From Saprolegnia diclina VS20 (taxonomy: Eukaryota), in the NCBI RefSeq assembly GCF_000281045.1, contig NW_008246088.1:284974-347690 (forward strand): a DNA stretch of 62,717 nt. The letters run 5' to 3'. Positions 47,135 through 58,283 of the stretch are shown here, piece by piece. The notes under the pieces were generated by a model that made no database searches, was not told where the DNA came from, and worked only from the letters and a program-made list of their open reading frames with translations. The translations under genes were made by a program, and so were the position numbers. Position 1 is the stretch's first letter. Every line of letters begins with the position of its first letter.

Positions 47135-47836
47135 TCAAATGCCAACGATGGTCCACTTGAGGGGTTCTTGGAGCGACGACTCGAAGACCCACGTGCACTG
47201 GTCGTCGCGCACTGATGGCTCCGAGAGCTCTTCTCCGTTGACGACGCCCGTCGTGAGAATGTGCTCTTCGGTGTAAAAGAGCACGTGCAATCGCACCGAC
47301 TTGGCATCGTCAGCGAGGTCGACCGCGTCCAGATGGGCGCCCTTGATCTCGAGGTGCGTGAGTTCAAAGCCGGTGGCGCCATTCGCACGCAGCGCGGTGA
47401 AGCCGTCGATGAAGATCTGGACGCACTCGGGGCTCATGATCGTGTGCAGGAACGCGAGCTCGTCGGTCGGCGCAGTGGTCTTGGTCGGCGTCGTCACGGC
47501 CTCGAAAAAGGCCCGCGAGTAGAGCGTCGAGAGCACGGTGTGCATCGCGTCCTTGGCGCCGGCCAGAAAGTCGGGAATGTCGTACGCCGAAGTCGACGCA
47601 GGGAACGCCGTGTGGAGCACTGTAAACATGTTAAACTTGGTCAAGAACCAGAGCTTGGGCGAGAAGACATCGGCATTATCCCACGCCCGGAACCGATCGA
47701 GGTCCTTCGTCGTCTTGGCCGCGATCGCATCGAGCGAGAAGGCGCGCGCCATGATCGGTGCACGCGACCACGGGCGGCCAGGCGCTGCGGAGCGCGGGCC
47801 AACACGGCTGGCGACGACCACCGCACGACGCAGCAT
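47135..47836 (-). CDS. Mitochondrial MAIP1/Tim44-like protein, paralog 2
   Basis: Presequence MLRRAVVVASRVGPR; DIPDFLAGAKDA, CTWVFESS..WTI. Confidence 0.65.
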   Translation of the reverse strand: MLRRAVVVASRVGPRSAAPGRPWSRAPIMARAFSLDAIAAKTTKDLDRFRAWDNADVFSPKLWFLTKFNMFTVLHTAFPASTSAYDIPDFLAGAKDAMHTVLSTLYSRAFFEAVTTPTKTTAPTDELAFLHTIMSPECVQIFIDGFTALRANGATGFELTHLEIKGAHLDAVDLADDAKSVRLHVLFYTEEHILTTGVVNGEELSEPSVRDDQCTWVFESSLQEPLKWTIVGI

Positions 47837-48125
47837 GTGGCGATCTTCTAGAAATTTATCAAATTTTGAAAAAAAGGCAGCGAGCAGATCAAAGAGTCAA
47901 AGCGGTCGGCTGAAGCCAGGGCCAAAACCAGGCGACGATGCGATCCCTTGGTCGCCGCTTTGTGGCATCCGATACCACATGCATGCTGCTGGTATGTCGT
48001 CTGCATACTACACTGCGACTCCCGTGCCAATGTTTCCTAGTACAATTACATGCCCTTCCTAGCACCAGTCGATCGTCGAGCGCTGCAACACCAAAGCGCT
48101 CGCACAAGAAAAGGTGTAGAATGCA

Positions 48126-48887
48126 TTAAGCAATCTGGACGACGGTCCAAGCAGTGGGCTCGCCGTTGACAATGTCGCTCTCAAAAACCCATGTACAGTC
48201 GGCGTCGCGGACGTTGTCCTTTTGCGTCTCAACTCCATCCTCGCCCTTCATTGTCGTCGTGACGTGCTCGACCATCGTGAATTCAACCTGCAGGAGCACG
48301 CTCTTGGTCGCTTCGTCGTCGCCGTCCTTGAGGAGCACATTCGAGAGGCCGACGTTCTTGACTTCGAGATCCGTCAAGTCAAACTTGGTGCAGCCGGCCT
48401 TGGCGAGCTCTGAGAAGCCCATCATGAGCGTCTCGACGCACTTGGGGCCCATCACGGAGCGCAGGAGATTCACCTCGTCGTTCTCGACCGCCGGGTCCAG
48501 CGCCGCGGCAAAGAACGCGGGCGTGTACACCGTGCGGAGAATCATCTCGATCGCGCTCTTGGCGCCGTCCATAAAGTCTGGCACGTCGAGCGGCGTCTTG
48601 GCGTGGGGCTTGGCAGCGTGCAGCTGCACAAACATGGCCATCTTCCCGAGCAGCGAGACGTCTTGGGCAAAGATGTCGACGAGGTCCCAATCGAAGAAGC
48701 GCTCCTTGTCCTCAAAGGCCTTGGCCAGCGGGTTCGTGGGCTCTTCGGGCGCCGGCGCCGAAGACGACGACATAAAGCGCATGCCAGTACGGGGCTGCAT
48801 CGACCACGGTCGTGCAACGAGGCTCGAGCGCGACGCCGCCGAGCGCGCGGCCTGGCGCAGTTGTCGAGCTGTGTGGCGCAAAAACAT
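48126..48887 (-). CDS. Mitochondrial MAIP1/Tim44-like protein, paralog 3
   Basis: Presequence MFLRHTARQLRQAARS; DVPDFMDGAKSA, CTWVFESD..WTV. Confidence 0.65.
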   Translation of the reverse strand: MFLRHTARQLRQAARSAASRSSLVARPWSMQPRTGMRFMSSSSAPAPEEPTNPLAKAFEDKERFFDWDLVDIFAQDVSLLGKMAMFVQLHAAKPHAKTPLDVPDFMDGAKSAIEMILRTVYTPAFFAAALDPAVENDEVNLLRSVMGPKCVETLMMGFSELAKAGCTKFDLTDLEVKNVGLSNVLLKDGDDEATKSVLLQVEFTMVEHVTTTMKGEDGVETQKDNVRDADCTWVFESDIVNGEPTAWTVVQIA

Positions 48888-48938
48888 TGCAAGAGTGGAC
48901 TGATTGCACCCAACCAATTTCAATTGCAGCAAAAATAC

Positions 48939-49010
48939 TGGAGGAACCGGGGGTCGAACCCGGGGCCTTCCGCATGCAAAGCGGACGCGCTACCACTGCG
49001 CTATACCCCC
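48939..49010 (-). tRNA. tRNA-Ala (anticodon UGC), identical to 20038-20109
   Basis: Exact reverse complement of the first copy, including the 3' GTATTTTT trailer. Confidence 0.95.
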
Positions 49011-49175
49011 TTCTGTGTTGAACTAGGATTTTTAAATTATAAATTATTTTTTATGTAAAATATTTATATTTGTACTTTTTAATAATTATTAATTAAGTGG
49101 GATCGCAGCGTAGCCAATCAGAAGCCAGTTGAAAGATCCCGCTTGGCGCCGCTTCACCGTAGCAGCGATCGACGA

Positions 49176-51640
49176 ATGGACCGCAGCGCCAACATCGTGT
49201 AGGTGACCAGCTGCCAGAGCCTGCACGTGGGTCATGCTAGGCGTGTAGAGTGCACTTGAGCTGTGACGCCAAGCACACGGTCGTGCTGCCCAACGTTGCG
49301 ACGACCAAGTCGGTGGCCTCGGTGCTGCACGAAGCCCTGTATCACTACGCCCGCAGTAATCGCGATGCTGCCGCGCTCTCTGTCTCGGGCCTCTACGACA
49401 TGTACTCGGGCGAAAGTACGTTCTTGATGCTTCTACGGCGAGCCACAGAATGACATTTCTAGTGCTCGACCTCAGCGCGTCATTGCACAGCGTCGCAACG
49501 TTCCACACAGCCACCAAGTGCATGCGTCTCGGCGCTGTGCCGCACACGACCAACGACACCAGCGACAACAACAACAGTAATAAGAGTCGCAGCTCGGACT
49601 CGCCCTTCGAGTCGTTTGTCAAGTCGATCTTTTCGTCGTCGGACGACACACCTAGCCGTCCTGCCCAGTTGCCACCGCGTACGTCGTCGCTCCTACTGTC
49701 CATGTGAAGCTCATCCTGCACTAGAAGCCGTCGCGGCGCCGTCGCTTGTCGAATGCATTGCACAGCTGCGCGCTGCATCGATCGACGAGCTCTGCACCGA
49801 GTGTGGCGTCGCGCCAGAGGCCGCCGTGGACCTCGTGCGACAGCTCCAAGATTTTGCGAGCGGCGCGCGGGCGTTTGGCCTCCCAGACGTACACGCTGAC
49901 GCGTCCTCCGCAAGCTCCACAGCGTCCGAAGACGACCCTCTTGACGCGGACGATCAAGACGATGAGGATAATTCGCTCGGCGAAGCACCAATCTTGCTAG
50001 CATATGCACACGACTCGCCAGCGTTTCGCCGCGAGGTCGCCGCCATCGACGCCGCGTGGCCTCGTCTGATCACGGACTTTGGCCGAGTGGTCGCGGCGGC
50101 CAAAGCTGCTCTTGCGTCCAGCAAGTGCCACCTCGCGACGCTGCGCGATTTGTACACGGAGCTCACGGCGCCGATCGACGAGACAAGCTGCCTCCGGCAC
50201 CTCGCGGGGTCGGCCAAGCGCGCGTGGGCGCCGCTGACCGACAGCTGCGATCGCTCCATGGACGCCCTACGCGTCTTCTCGTCCGACCTCGCGACTGAGT
50301 TTATTGCACCACTCGAGACGCTCCTTACGCACGATCTCGGCCGCGACGCAGCAGCTTCGCGCGAGCGCCTCAACGCCGCGTTCTATGCGTACTGGGCCAT
50401 GGCGCACGAGGCCACCTCCGACGCGGTGGGCGACGACGCGCGTCTCGAGGCGGCGCGGCATGTCTTTGAGTCGGCGCGTCTCTCGACGGTGCGGCATGTC
50501 AACGAGGCGTTCTTGCGTGCGCTTTGTGTCGTCGAGCGCACCGGCTGCGCCATGGCCCACGATGCGAATGCTGTCGTCGGGCGAAGACGCCATTTGGAAG
50601 TCCACTGCGCTGCGCTTGAGGCGTGCGACATCGTCGATATCTGGGCGGGCGCTCCTCGCGGGTACCTCTTTCATGTCGAGGACGGAACGTCGGCTCGCAC
50701 GCGCCGCTGGTTTTACCTCGAGAACGGAACGTCGACGCTCATGTCCCTCCAGGTTCTGCTCGTGCTAGCATGTTCGAGCTGTGATTGTGCTGATGGTGGC
50801 TACATACACTAGGCGGACCGGCGCACCCCCGAGGTCATTGCACACCTCTCGCAATGCACCGTGTCAAGAAACGACTCGATGCGCTATGGCATCTGCCTCA
50901 CATGGCCGAGCAACCGCGTGCTATTGCAAGCCGACACGGCGCGTCTCCATGCTCTCTGGCTCGAGGCGCTGACGGCCACGAAGACACTTGCATCCACCCA
51001 AGACGACCTCCAGGATGAGGACGACGACGAGAACAACAGCAACCATGAAGCGACAACGCGTCCAACGTTGGAAGAGACGCCGCGCACGTTGCTGACGCCC
51101 ATTGCGTTCTTCGGCGCGCCCGCCTCGGCGTTTGCCGTCATGGCCCGTAGCACGCTGCCGATCTCGGTGCAAACGTACTTTGAGCGCTTCGTCAGCGACG
51201 AGCACTTTACGCGCGCGTTTCTCGCGCAGCGCGGTGCGACGGACGTGGCGCTTTCGCATTGGACTGTCCGCTCCGACGGCGCGTACGGGCGGTCGCGACG
51301 CATTCAACTGCCCGTCGAGACAGCGCTCTCGACAGGCTCGACGCGCGTGCACGCGTGCGAGGTCTACCACCGCCGGTCATGTGACCACCTCGAGGTCCTC
51401 GCCAAAGACGAAAGCCTCGATGTTCCGTACGGCTCGTACTTTGTCGTCGAGTCGCGGACGACGGTCGTTGGGAGCATGGGGTCGAGTACGACGTGCGCAG
51501 TCGAGATGGCCATGGCCGTGTACTTTACAAAGAGCACAATGTTTCAACGCATGATCGAGAAGGCGTGCGCAGCCGAGACCAAGGCGTCGTGCGAAGCGAT
51601 GCTAGCAGCCATGCGCACCGCCATCGACAAAGCGCTCTAA
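49176..51640 (+). CDS. BAR-PH-VASt (StARkin) domain protein, Lam1/Sip3-like architecture (multi-exon, start approximate)
   Basis: DSPAFRREV BAR start, PH domain RGYLFH..RRWFYLENG..LLQADT..WLEAL, VASt motif SLDVPYGSYFVVESR..VYFTKSTMFQRMIEK. Confidence 0.75.
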
Positions 51641-52145
51641 TATACACTGTGCAACCGTGAGCAATGCAGCAGTCTGTCCCATCGAACGCGTTCGAACACT
51701 GGACCCAAGCTCGCTTCCATTCCGCGCCCGTTTAGCTGCCGCAACGTCGGGCGGCGAGGCAGTCCTGGCGACGCGGAGGCGGAGACGCTGGCAAGGGCTG
51801 TCGTCGTCGCTCGACGCTTGCCACGATCGGTGTCAGAGGTCCGCCAGGCGGCCAGGTGGCGAGTGCGTCGCTTGGCAATCTCTTAGATAAGACCTTTTTG
51901 CGAGCATCTGGCAAAGTGTATACAAGAAACAAGGCAAGTTTCCAGCGCTGTGCGGTCGAGACCTTGAAAGAGCGAATTACGGTGGTACTGCATTTTTATT
52001 GCACGCATTTTTCACCGACCTCGTGTTTAACTTGATGTTTGTAAGTCGAATAAAAATTGGACAAAAAAAGAGAATAAAATGACCAGCACTGACTGAACAA
52101 CAGTGCTGCATTTTGGCCTCGGCGCCGGCGTACGACGAGAAGACC

Positions 52146-53640
52146 ATGGACCCATACCAGCAGCAGCAGATGCAGCAGCAGCAGCAGATGCAGCAGCAGC
52201 AGCAGCAACGGAGCATGAACCTGCAGCGCCAGCACATGATGGAGCGCAACGGCAACATGGGCGGGATGTACGCCCACGCGCCGCAAGGCCACGCGCCGCC
52301 CATGGGCATGCACCCGTCGTCGCAGATGCACCACAACGGCTACGGCATGCCCATGGCACCACCGGCGCACTCGAGCGCAATGATGTACTCGGACGACGTC
52401 TCGTCGTATTTACAGCCGCCCAACATGGGCATGAACCCGGCGATGGCGCCCGCGCCGTATGGGTACAACGCGTCGGCCTCGTACGTAGACGGCGGCCGGG
52501 ACCCCGACATGGAGCGCGGCCAAGGCGGCAAGCGCCACGCGCCCAAGGGACAATGGAAGACGCCGCCGCAGATGCTCTACATGAAGGAAAAGGTGAACGC
52601 GTCCAAGCCGGTTGTGCCCGAGCCCGCGAGCCCGGCGTTTGGCGACGAGAACACGGTGACGCCGCAGCAGTTTGCCGAGGGCACGCAAGGCTTGACGCTC
52701 GACACGACGCTGCTCGCAAAGATGACGGGCAAGGACGCATCGCAGATCGGCGCCGAGCAGATCCGCAACATCATGCAACATCCGGAGCTGCTCAGCATCT
52801 ACCAAAAGCTGCAAGAAGAGGAAGAGCGCCGGCAGCGACGACTCGAGCGCAACCGCGCGTCCGCGCGTCTTCGCCGCGAAAAGAAGAAGGGCCTCGTCGA
52901 GACGTACGAGATGGAAGTCTCGGAGCTCGAGACGATTCTGAAGAAGGTCAAGAGCCACAAGTTTGGCTGCGGCAACGACAAACTCCTCCTCGAAGCCCTC
53001 AGCGGTACACGTCTCATTCGTCTTCTTAGTCGTCATCTTAGTTATCAACTAAATCTAGGCGAGCAAAAGCAGAGCGTCAACATGACGCGGGACACCAAGC
53101 ACCAGCAGACGTCGCTGCTCTTGAAGCAGCACTCGCAAAATGCCTCGGCGGTACCTCACGTCCTTGCTCTTTTGCAATTGCGAGCACGACCTCGTAGATT
53201 CGCCAAGCCAACGACGAGAGCTGGATGGTAGCGCTCGCAGCGACCAACGACTCTGAGTTTCTCCAGCTCAAGCACACGCTCGGGCTCACAGAGGCGCAGT
53301 GCGCGCGCCTCACACGCGTCAAGAACAGCGTCCACAACGAGTCGACGCGGCTCGCGATAGTCGAGAAGTGCTTTGCAGCGCTCCACGTGCACGAGTGGCT
53401 GCACTTCCCCAACTCGGAGGGGCTCGTCGACCTCTTCCGCGCACCGCTGAACGCGCAGCAGCTACAAAAGTTTGTGCAATGGACCCGCGTCAACAAGCAA
53501 GCTATCCAGCAGCTGCAGGTACGCGCTTCGATCCCTATTTTTGACAATTTCTTCACCCTTTTTATGTGTAGTTTGTCCAGCCGCCCGCGGATCCCAAGGC
53601 CGAGTCGAACCTCGTGTTCGACTTCCCGCGGGAGCTCTAA
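52146..53640 (+). CDS. bZIP transcription factor with Gln/Met/Pro-rich N-terminus (multi-exon)
   Basis: RRQRRLERNRASARLRREKKK basic region plus zipper; C-terminal LKHTLGLTEAQCARL helical domain; stop TAA 53638-53640 after the last intron. Confidence 0.85.
52158..52208 (+). repeat. Interrupted CAG microsatellite encoding polyQ
   Basis: (CAG)4 ATG (CAG)5 ATG (CAG)5 CAA. Confidence 0.9.
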
Positions 53641-53737
53641 GCAGCGGGAGACTTTGTAGCGTGGGATTAGGGTAGGACTACGTAGCACACAAGACGACGA
53701 CGCATCTTGCTTTATTATTGGGACGGCGATCTTTCTG

Positions 53738-54432
53738 TTACAAGTGCGAGAGACCTTGGGGCGCCGTGGTGTGCGTCTTGATGAGGCTCGAGATGGCGCG
53801 GAAGTTGGGGTGCTTCGAGTCGGCCGTGAGCTGGAAGACCACCGACTCGACCGACGTCAAGAAGGCGCCCGACGCCTGCATGCGCTAGGAAAGGAAGCGG
53901 ATGAGAATGCAAACAGAGCGGTCGGACTAGTACCTCGAGACCCATCGAGCGCAGGAACGAGGTGCTGCTCGAAACAGCGTCGACAGGCACGTGCACGTCG
54001 TAGCCGGCCTCGAGCAAGTCGAGGCACGTCTGCAGCACGCACACGTGGCTCTCAATGCCGCAGAGCACGACCGAGCGCGGCTGGAGCGCGCGCAGCTCGG
54101 CGTCGACGGCCGGCGTCAGCATCGAAAAGAGCGTCTTGTCGTGGACCGTCAGGTTGGCTGGGAGCTCGACCTCGGGGACCATGGCGCCAAAGCGCGCTGC
54201 GTACTGCGTCGTGGCGATGAGGGGCATTTCGAGGTGCTTGGCCGCTTGCACCTAGCGCTCCATGACATATCCTGCAGCATTCGATAGGTGGTACGAGGGT
54301 CTTGGCGCCGGCGATGACCGAGGGCATCTCGTAGATGCGGTCGCGGAAGATCTCTTGGATGTCGCAGACGAAGAGGACGCTCGAGGCCGGCGCGAGCTTC
54401 CCGACCGACGACTTGACCGACTTGGCGAGCAT
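53738..54432 (-). CDS. Isochorismatase domain protein (ISOC1/2-like), 3 exons
   Basis: LFVCDIQEIF, DKTLFSM, LCGIESHVCVLQTCLDLL, TSVESVVFQL..HPNFRAIS. Confidence 0.92.
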
Positions 54433-54652
54433 CGCGAAAAAAGAAAGTGCAATGTCAGCAGAGTGAACGTCGTTGGCAACTTCAAGCCGATCAGATCCGC
54501 CACCGAACGCGACCGTCGACCGCCCATCGTCGATCGATGCTGAGCCCCAAGGCCAAGGGCTGGAGCATTGTGAAGAGGCAAGTAAGAGAGGAGCCATAGG
54601 CACTATGACTAGAAGGCTAGCGACAGTGCTATTACATTACGTCTTTGAAGCA

Positions 54653-56697
54653 CTAGAGAATGCTGCTGTAGCCTTGGCTGTGGCGCATGAGAAGGTTGGA
54701 GCCGAGGGTGAAGCCCATCCAGACGACGCCAAAGGTGACGAGGACAGCAAAAAGACAGCCGAGAAGCCAAACAAAGCGGCTTGCGTTAGCTTGGACGTGG
54801 TCGGGCGGCGCAAAGTACCCGACTTGGCGCAACCACCACTCGGGGTAGAAGAGTGAGTCGGGCGACAGCGTCATTGCGTGCAGGCCGTGCATGTGGTAGC
54901 CGTCGTGGAACTCGACCACGAGACGCTGGAAGAGCGACGCGTACGTCGTCATGGTTGTCGCCGCCATCGACGCGCTCGACGAGGTCAGTAAGGCGCGCAC
55001 GTCGCTCTCCGTCTGCAAGCGCGTCACCACGCGTGCCAACGTCGCGCGCAGCGCCGTCTCGATACTTGCCTGCGCCGCCGCCACCGACGGCATGGCGTGG
55101 GCGTAAAAGCGCCCGGCCCAGTTGCCGACGAGCGCGGCGCTCCAGTACATGGCGTCAGGTGAAAACACCTGAAGCGACCCGGTCGCCAACGCCGATGGCA
55201 CGGCGTCAGCGTACGCAAAGACGGGCACGTACGCGGTTGCGTGCGGCGCATACGGGCCAAACCAAATGTGGGCAGCGCGCGGGTCCGCCGCGTCCAAGAC
55301 CGCGACGAACGAGTAGGCGGCGCGGAAGATCGAGAGGCTGCGCTCTTGGTGGCCGCGCAGCGCGTCGGCTTTGGTCATGTTCCCGTTGCCGTTGACATCT
55401 AGACACGGTAGTATATACATTTCGCGATAAGATTCGACTAAGATGCCGTACCGTAGCGATCGGGCGAGCCGTACGGGCCGGCCATGGGCCCGGACGTCAA
55501 GTCGAAGGACGTGCCTTCGTAGTGATCGCGATGGATACTAAGGAGCGTTGACGGCGAGAGCGGCGCTGCCACCTATGTACAGATCGTCCTTGATCGACTG
55601 CATCGCAACCCACCTGCACGGAGACGGGATAGTCGGTTGCAAGCATGTCGGTCGTCGGCGAGAGCTCGATCGACGGGTTCGCGAGCGTCAAGACGCGCCA
55701 CATGCGTCGCGTGGCGTAGTAGTGATTGGGCGCACTGAAGCCGTCACGACGGTACGCGTACGCAGCCGTCCAGTCGAACTCGCCGTCGACCGAGGGATCG
55801 TACAAGCCGGCGCGGATCGCAACGTCCTCAACATTCGTCGACGCCAGAAAGGACGTTTGGTCCGAGAGGTTGAGCGTCCGCAGCGTAAACTGGTTGGCGA
55901 CCACCGCAATGTGGTCGTTCGGAAGGCGCTGCGCGGCCCAGACGGCCGACGCGCCCGTGTCGTCCGGGTGCAAATGCATGATCCATGCTTCGTTCGGGTC
56001 GACGACCGTCAATGCTTCGCCAGCCTCGAGGAGTGCGTTGGGCGTGTCGTAGGCAGCGCCATAGTACCCGTACGTCTCGGCGAGCGCACCCATGAGCAAG
56101 ATAGCGTCGCGAGCCGTACCCGCTCGCTCCATGGCCACGTTGGTGAGCTCAGCGACGTCGAAGAGAGCGTTGCCACCGGGCATGGACTTCGGAAGACTCA
56201 CGAGCCGACCGCCACACGTACTTTCACCGATCGCAACCTGGCGCTCGTTGATGACGCCGTAGACGCCCGAGATGTAGCCCAACGTCGTCGGCGCTTGTGG
56301 GATCTGCCCCAGCGGCTTCGTGGCCGTCCAGTTGAAGGTGGACGTATCGACGTTGGCCAGGCGAAACACGTCACCGCGATCGTCGCCAACTAGAATCCAA
56401 CGTCATCGCATACAGATCCCCGAGAGTGTCTACCATAGCGAGGGTAGGCGAGACGGAACGGCGCAATGGCCCGCTGGGCGCCGGCAGTATGCGTCCTGGG
56501 CGGTACCTTCCCGATGCGGAAGTCGCAGCTGCTGCAGTCGGCCGCGTGCGTCACCATGGACGATCCCGTCGTGGAGGCCTACAAGGCGGGCTTAGGCAGC
56601 GCTGGCAGTGGCGTCGGAGACATACCTCTCGCCCGACGACGATCGTCGTGCAGCCATGAGCCCCGAGGGCGAGCGTCGTCAAGATCGCAAAAAACAT
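54653..56697 (-). CDS. Peptidase C69 (dipeptidase/secernin-like Ntn hydrolase), secreted and C-terminally membrane-anchored (multi-exon)
   Basis: Signal peptide MFFAILTTLALGAHG directly followed by the nucleophile CTTIVVG; INERQVAIGESTC, YATRRMWR, ERSLSIFR; C-terminal TM helix. Confidence 0.88.
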
Positions 56698-56811
56698 CGA
56701 ATCGTTGGTGACCGCTCATTGGCCCGCTACTTGGCCCGCTATATATTGCGAGCATATGATTGGCTCGTGCTCCACTTCAACTTGGCGCGGTGTTCAACCA
56801 GGATACATGTA

Positions 56812-58283
56812 CTACTTGAAATTAAACAAAGCGCTACCAAAGATGCCGAGGATCCCCTGGAGCAGCTCGGCCACAAGGCCACAGACGCTCTGAACGACAT
56901 GATAGATGCTCCCAAGGAGCGAGGCGACGAGCTGGTTGATGCAAGTCACCAAGGTCGGGAGGCCAAGTGCGATAGCAACATCGTACGTTAGCGTAACGAG
57001 TTGCCGCGCAATGCGAGCAACGACAACGAGGACGTTCCAGAGTCCACTGAGGCAGTGCAGCGCGACCTTGGTTGAGCTTTCGACGAGGTCCGAGGCCAAG
57101 CGCATGACGCGGCGTTTGGTCTCGGGGCTGATGGCGGCGTTGAGTGCATGAAAAATGCCACGGAGAAGCTCCCACGCCATCGAGATCGGCGTCGTGACAA
57201 GCCAGCGCAGAAGCCCAAGCGGGTGTGTCAGCAACTCAAAGAGCCTCCCGACGCCTCGGAAGATGGCTGCCAGCATGCGCTCACACGGCCCATGCAAGAG
57301 TCGGAGAATCGTGACGATCTGTCGAGCCACGCAGTCAAAGATTTGGCCGATGGCTGTGAGTATCGTCGTTGCGAGTGGGGCGAGTGCGATGCCGGCCGGG
57401 CGCAGCGCTAAAAGAGGGTGGTGAGGACAAGACCGACTATGAGCACTGTACCGTGGCGCCACGCTCGGCGACCGACGCCGCGACAGCAGTAGCCAACAAA
57501 CGACGCTAGCGTTAGCGAGACGTCGACAGCGATCGAGACAAATGTGTACACAACGAGAAAGACTGGAACCGTCAGCACAAACATGAGCACAAGGTCGCGC
57601 GCCGTGGCCGTCCATGGCTTGGTCGACGACGTGTCAGGCCCGTGACGTTGGAGGAGCCGGCGAAAGAAGGACCGAGAGGGCGGCGGCGTCTCGGGCGTGT
57701 ACGCGGGCGGCGATGGGAACTTGGCAGCACACGTCGCCACGCGCGCCTACATATAGCGAAGTGCATTGAGGCGGCGAATCAATCGAGCGCCGCGGACCTT
57801 GGCGTCGTCGTCGTCGGGCGATAACAGCGAAGCGCTCATATAGTCGTTGTAGGCCAGTTGAAGCGCCTGTACGAAGATAGCAAGGTGAGAGGTGAGCGCC
57901 GCCAGCGTGCGACGTACCGCCATCATGAGGTAGCTGTCGGCGCGGCGGGCGTAGTAGAGCCCCTCGCTGGGTCGGCTCTCGATCGCACGTGTAAAGTGCT
58001 TGATGGCCTTGGCGTAGTTGCGCTCGAGGAAGCGCTCGAGGCCGCGCTCATAGTGGATGCTGTGCGCATCGGCCTTCCATGGCTTGACGGCGCCAGCGTA
58101 CAGGCGCTTGTAGCACGTGGCAAGGCACGCGTGCGATGCGACAGCGCTGAGAACGCCGATGTAGAGCGCCGCACTGTACCGTGGCAGCGCTGCATAGGGC
58201 GCGAGGGCCGGGTCCTTGCTCGCGTAGTAGGCCGCGGGGATGGTCACGACGGCGCAGACGCGCTTGAGGACGTCGTCGGCCAT
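56812..58283 (-). CDS. TPR-containing protein with TM segment and long hydrophobic/amphipathic helical C-terminus (multi-exon)
   Basis: TPRs HYERGLERFLERNYAKAIKHFTRAIESRP / YYARRADSYL; ORFs 57747-58367, 57408-57740 and 56812-57615 appear to be exons of one gene. Confidence 0.6.

Noticed and set aside
3227..54432. Apparent enrichment of mitochondrial genes (COX15, Mpv17, carrier, three MAIP1-like, isochorismatase) as a functional cluster
   Set aside because: The genes are interspersed with unrelated ones and the count is inflated by one tandem family; no statistical support without the genome background
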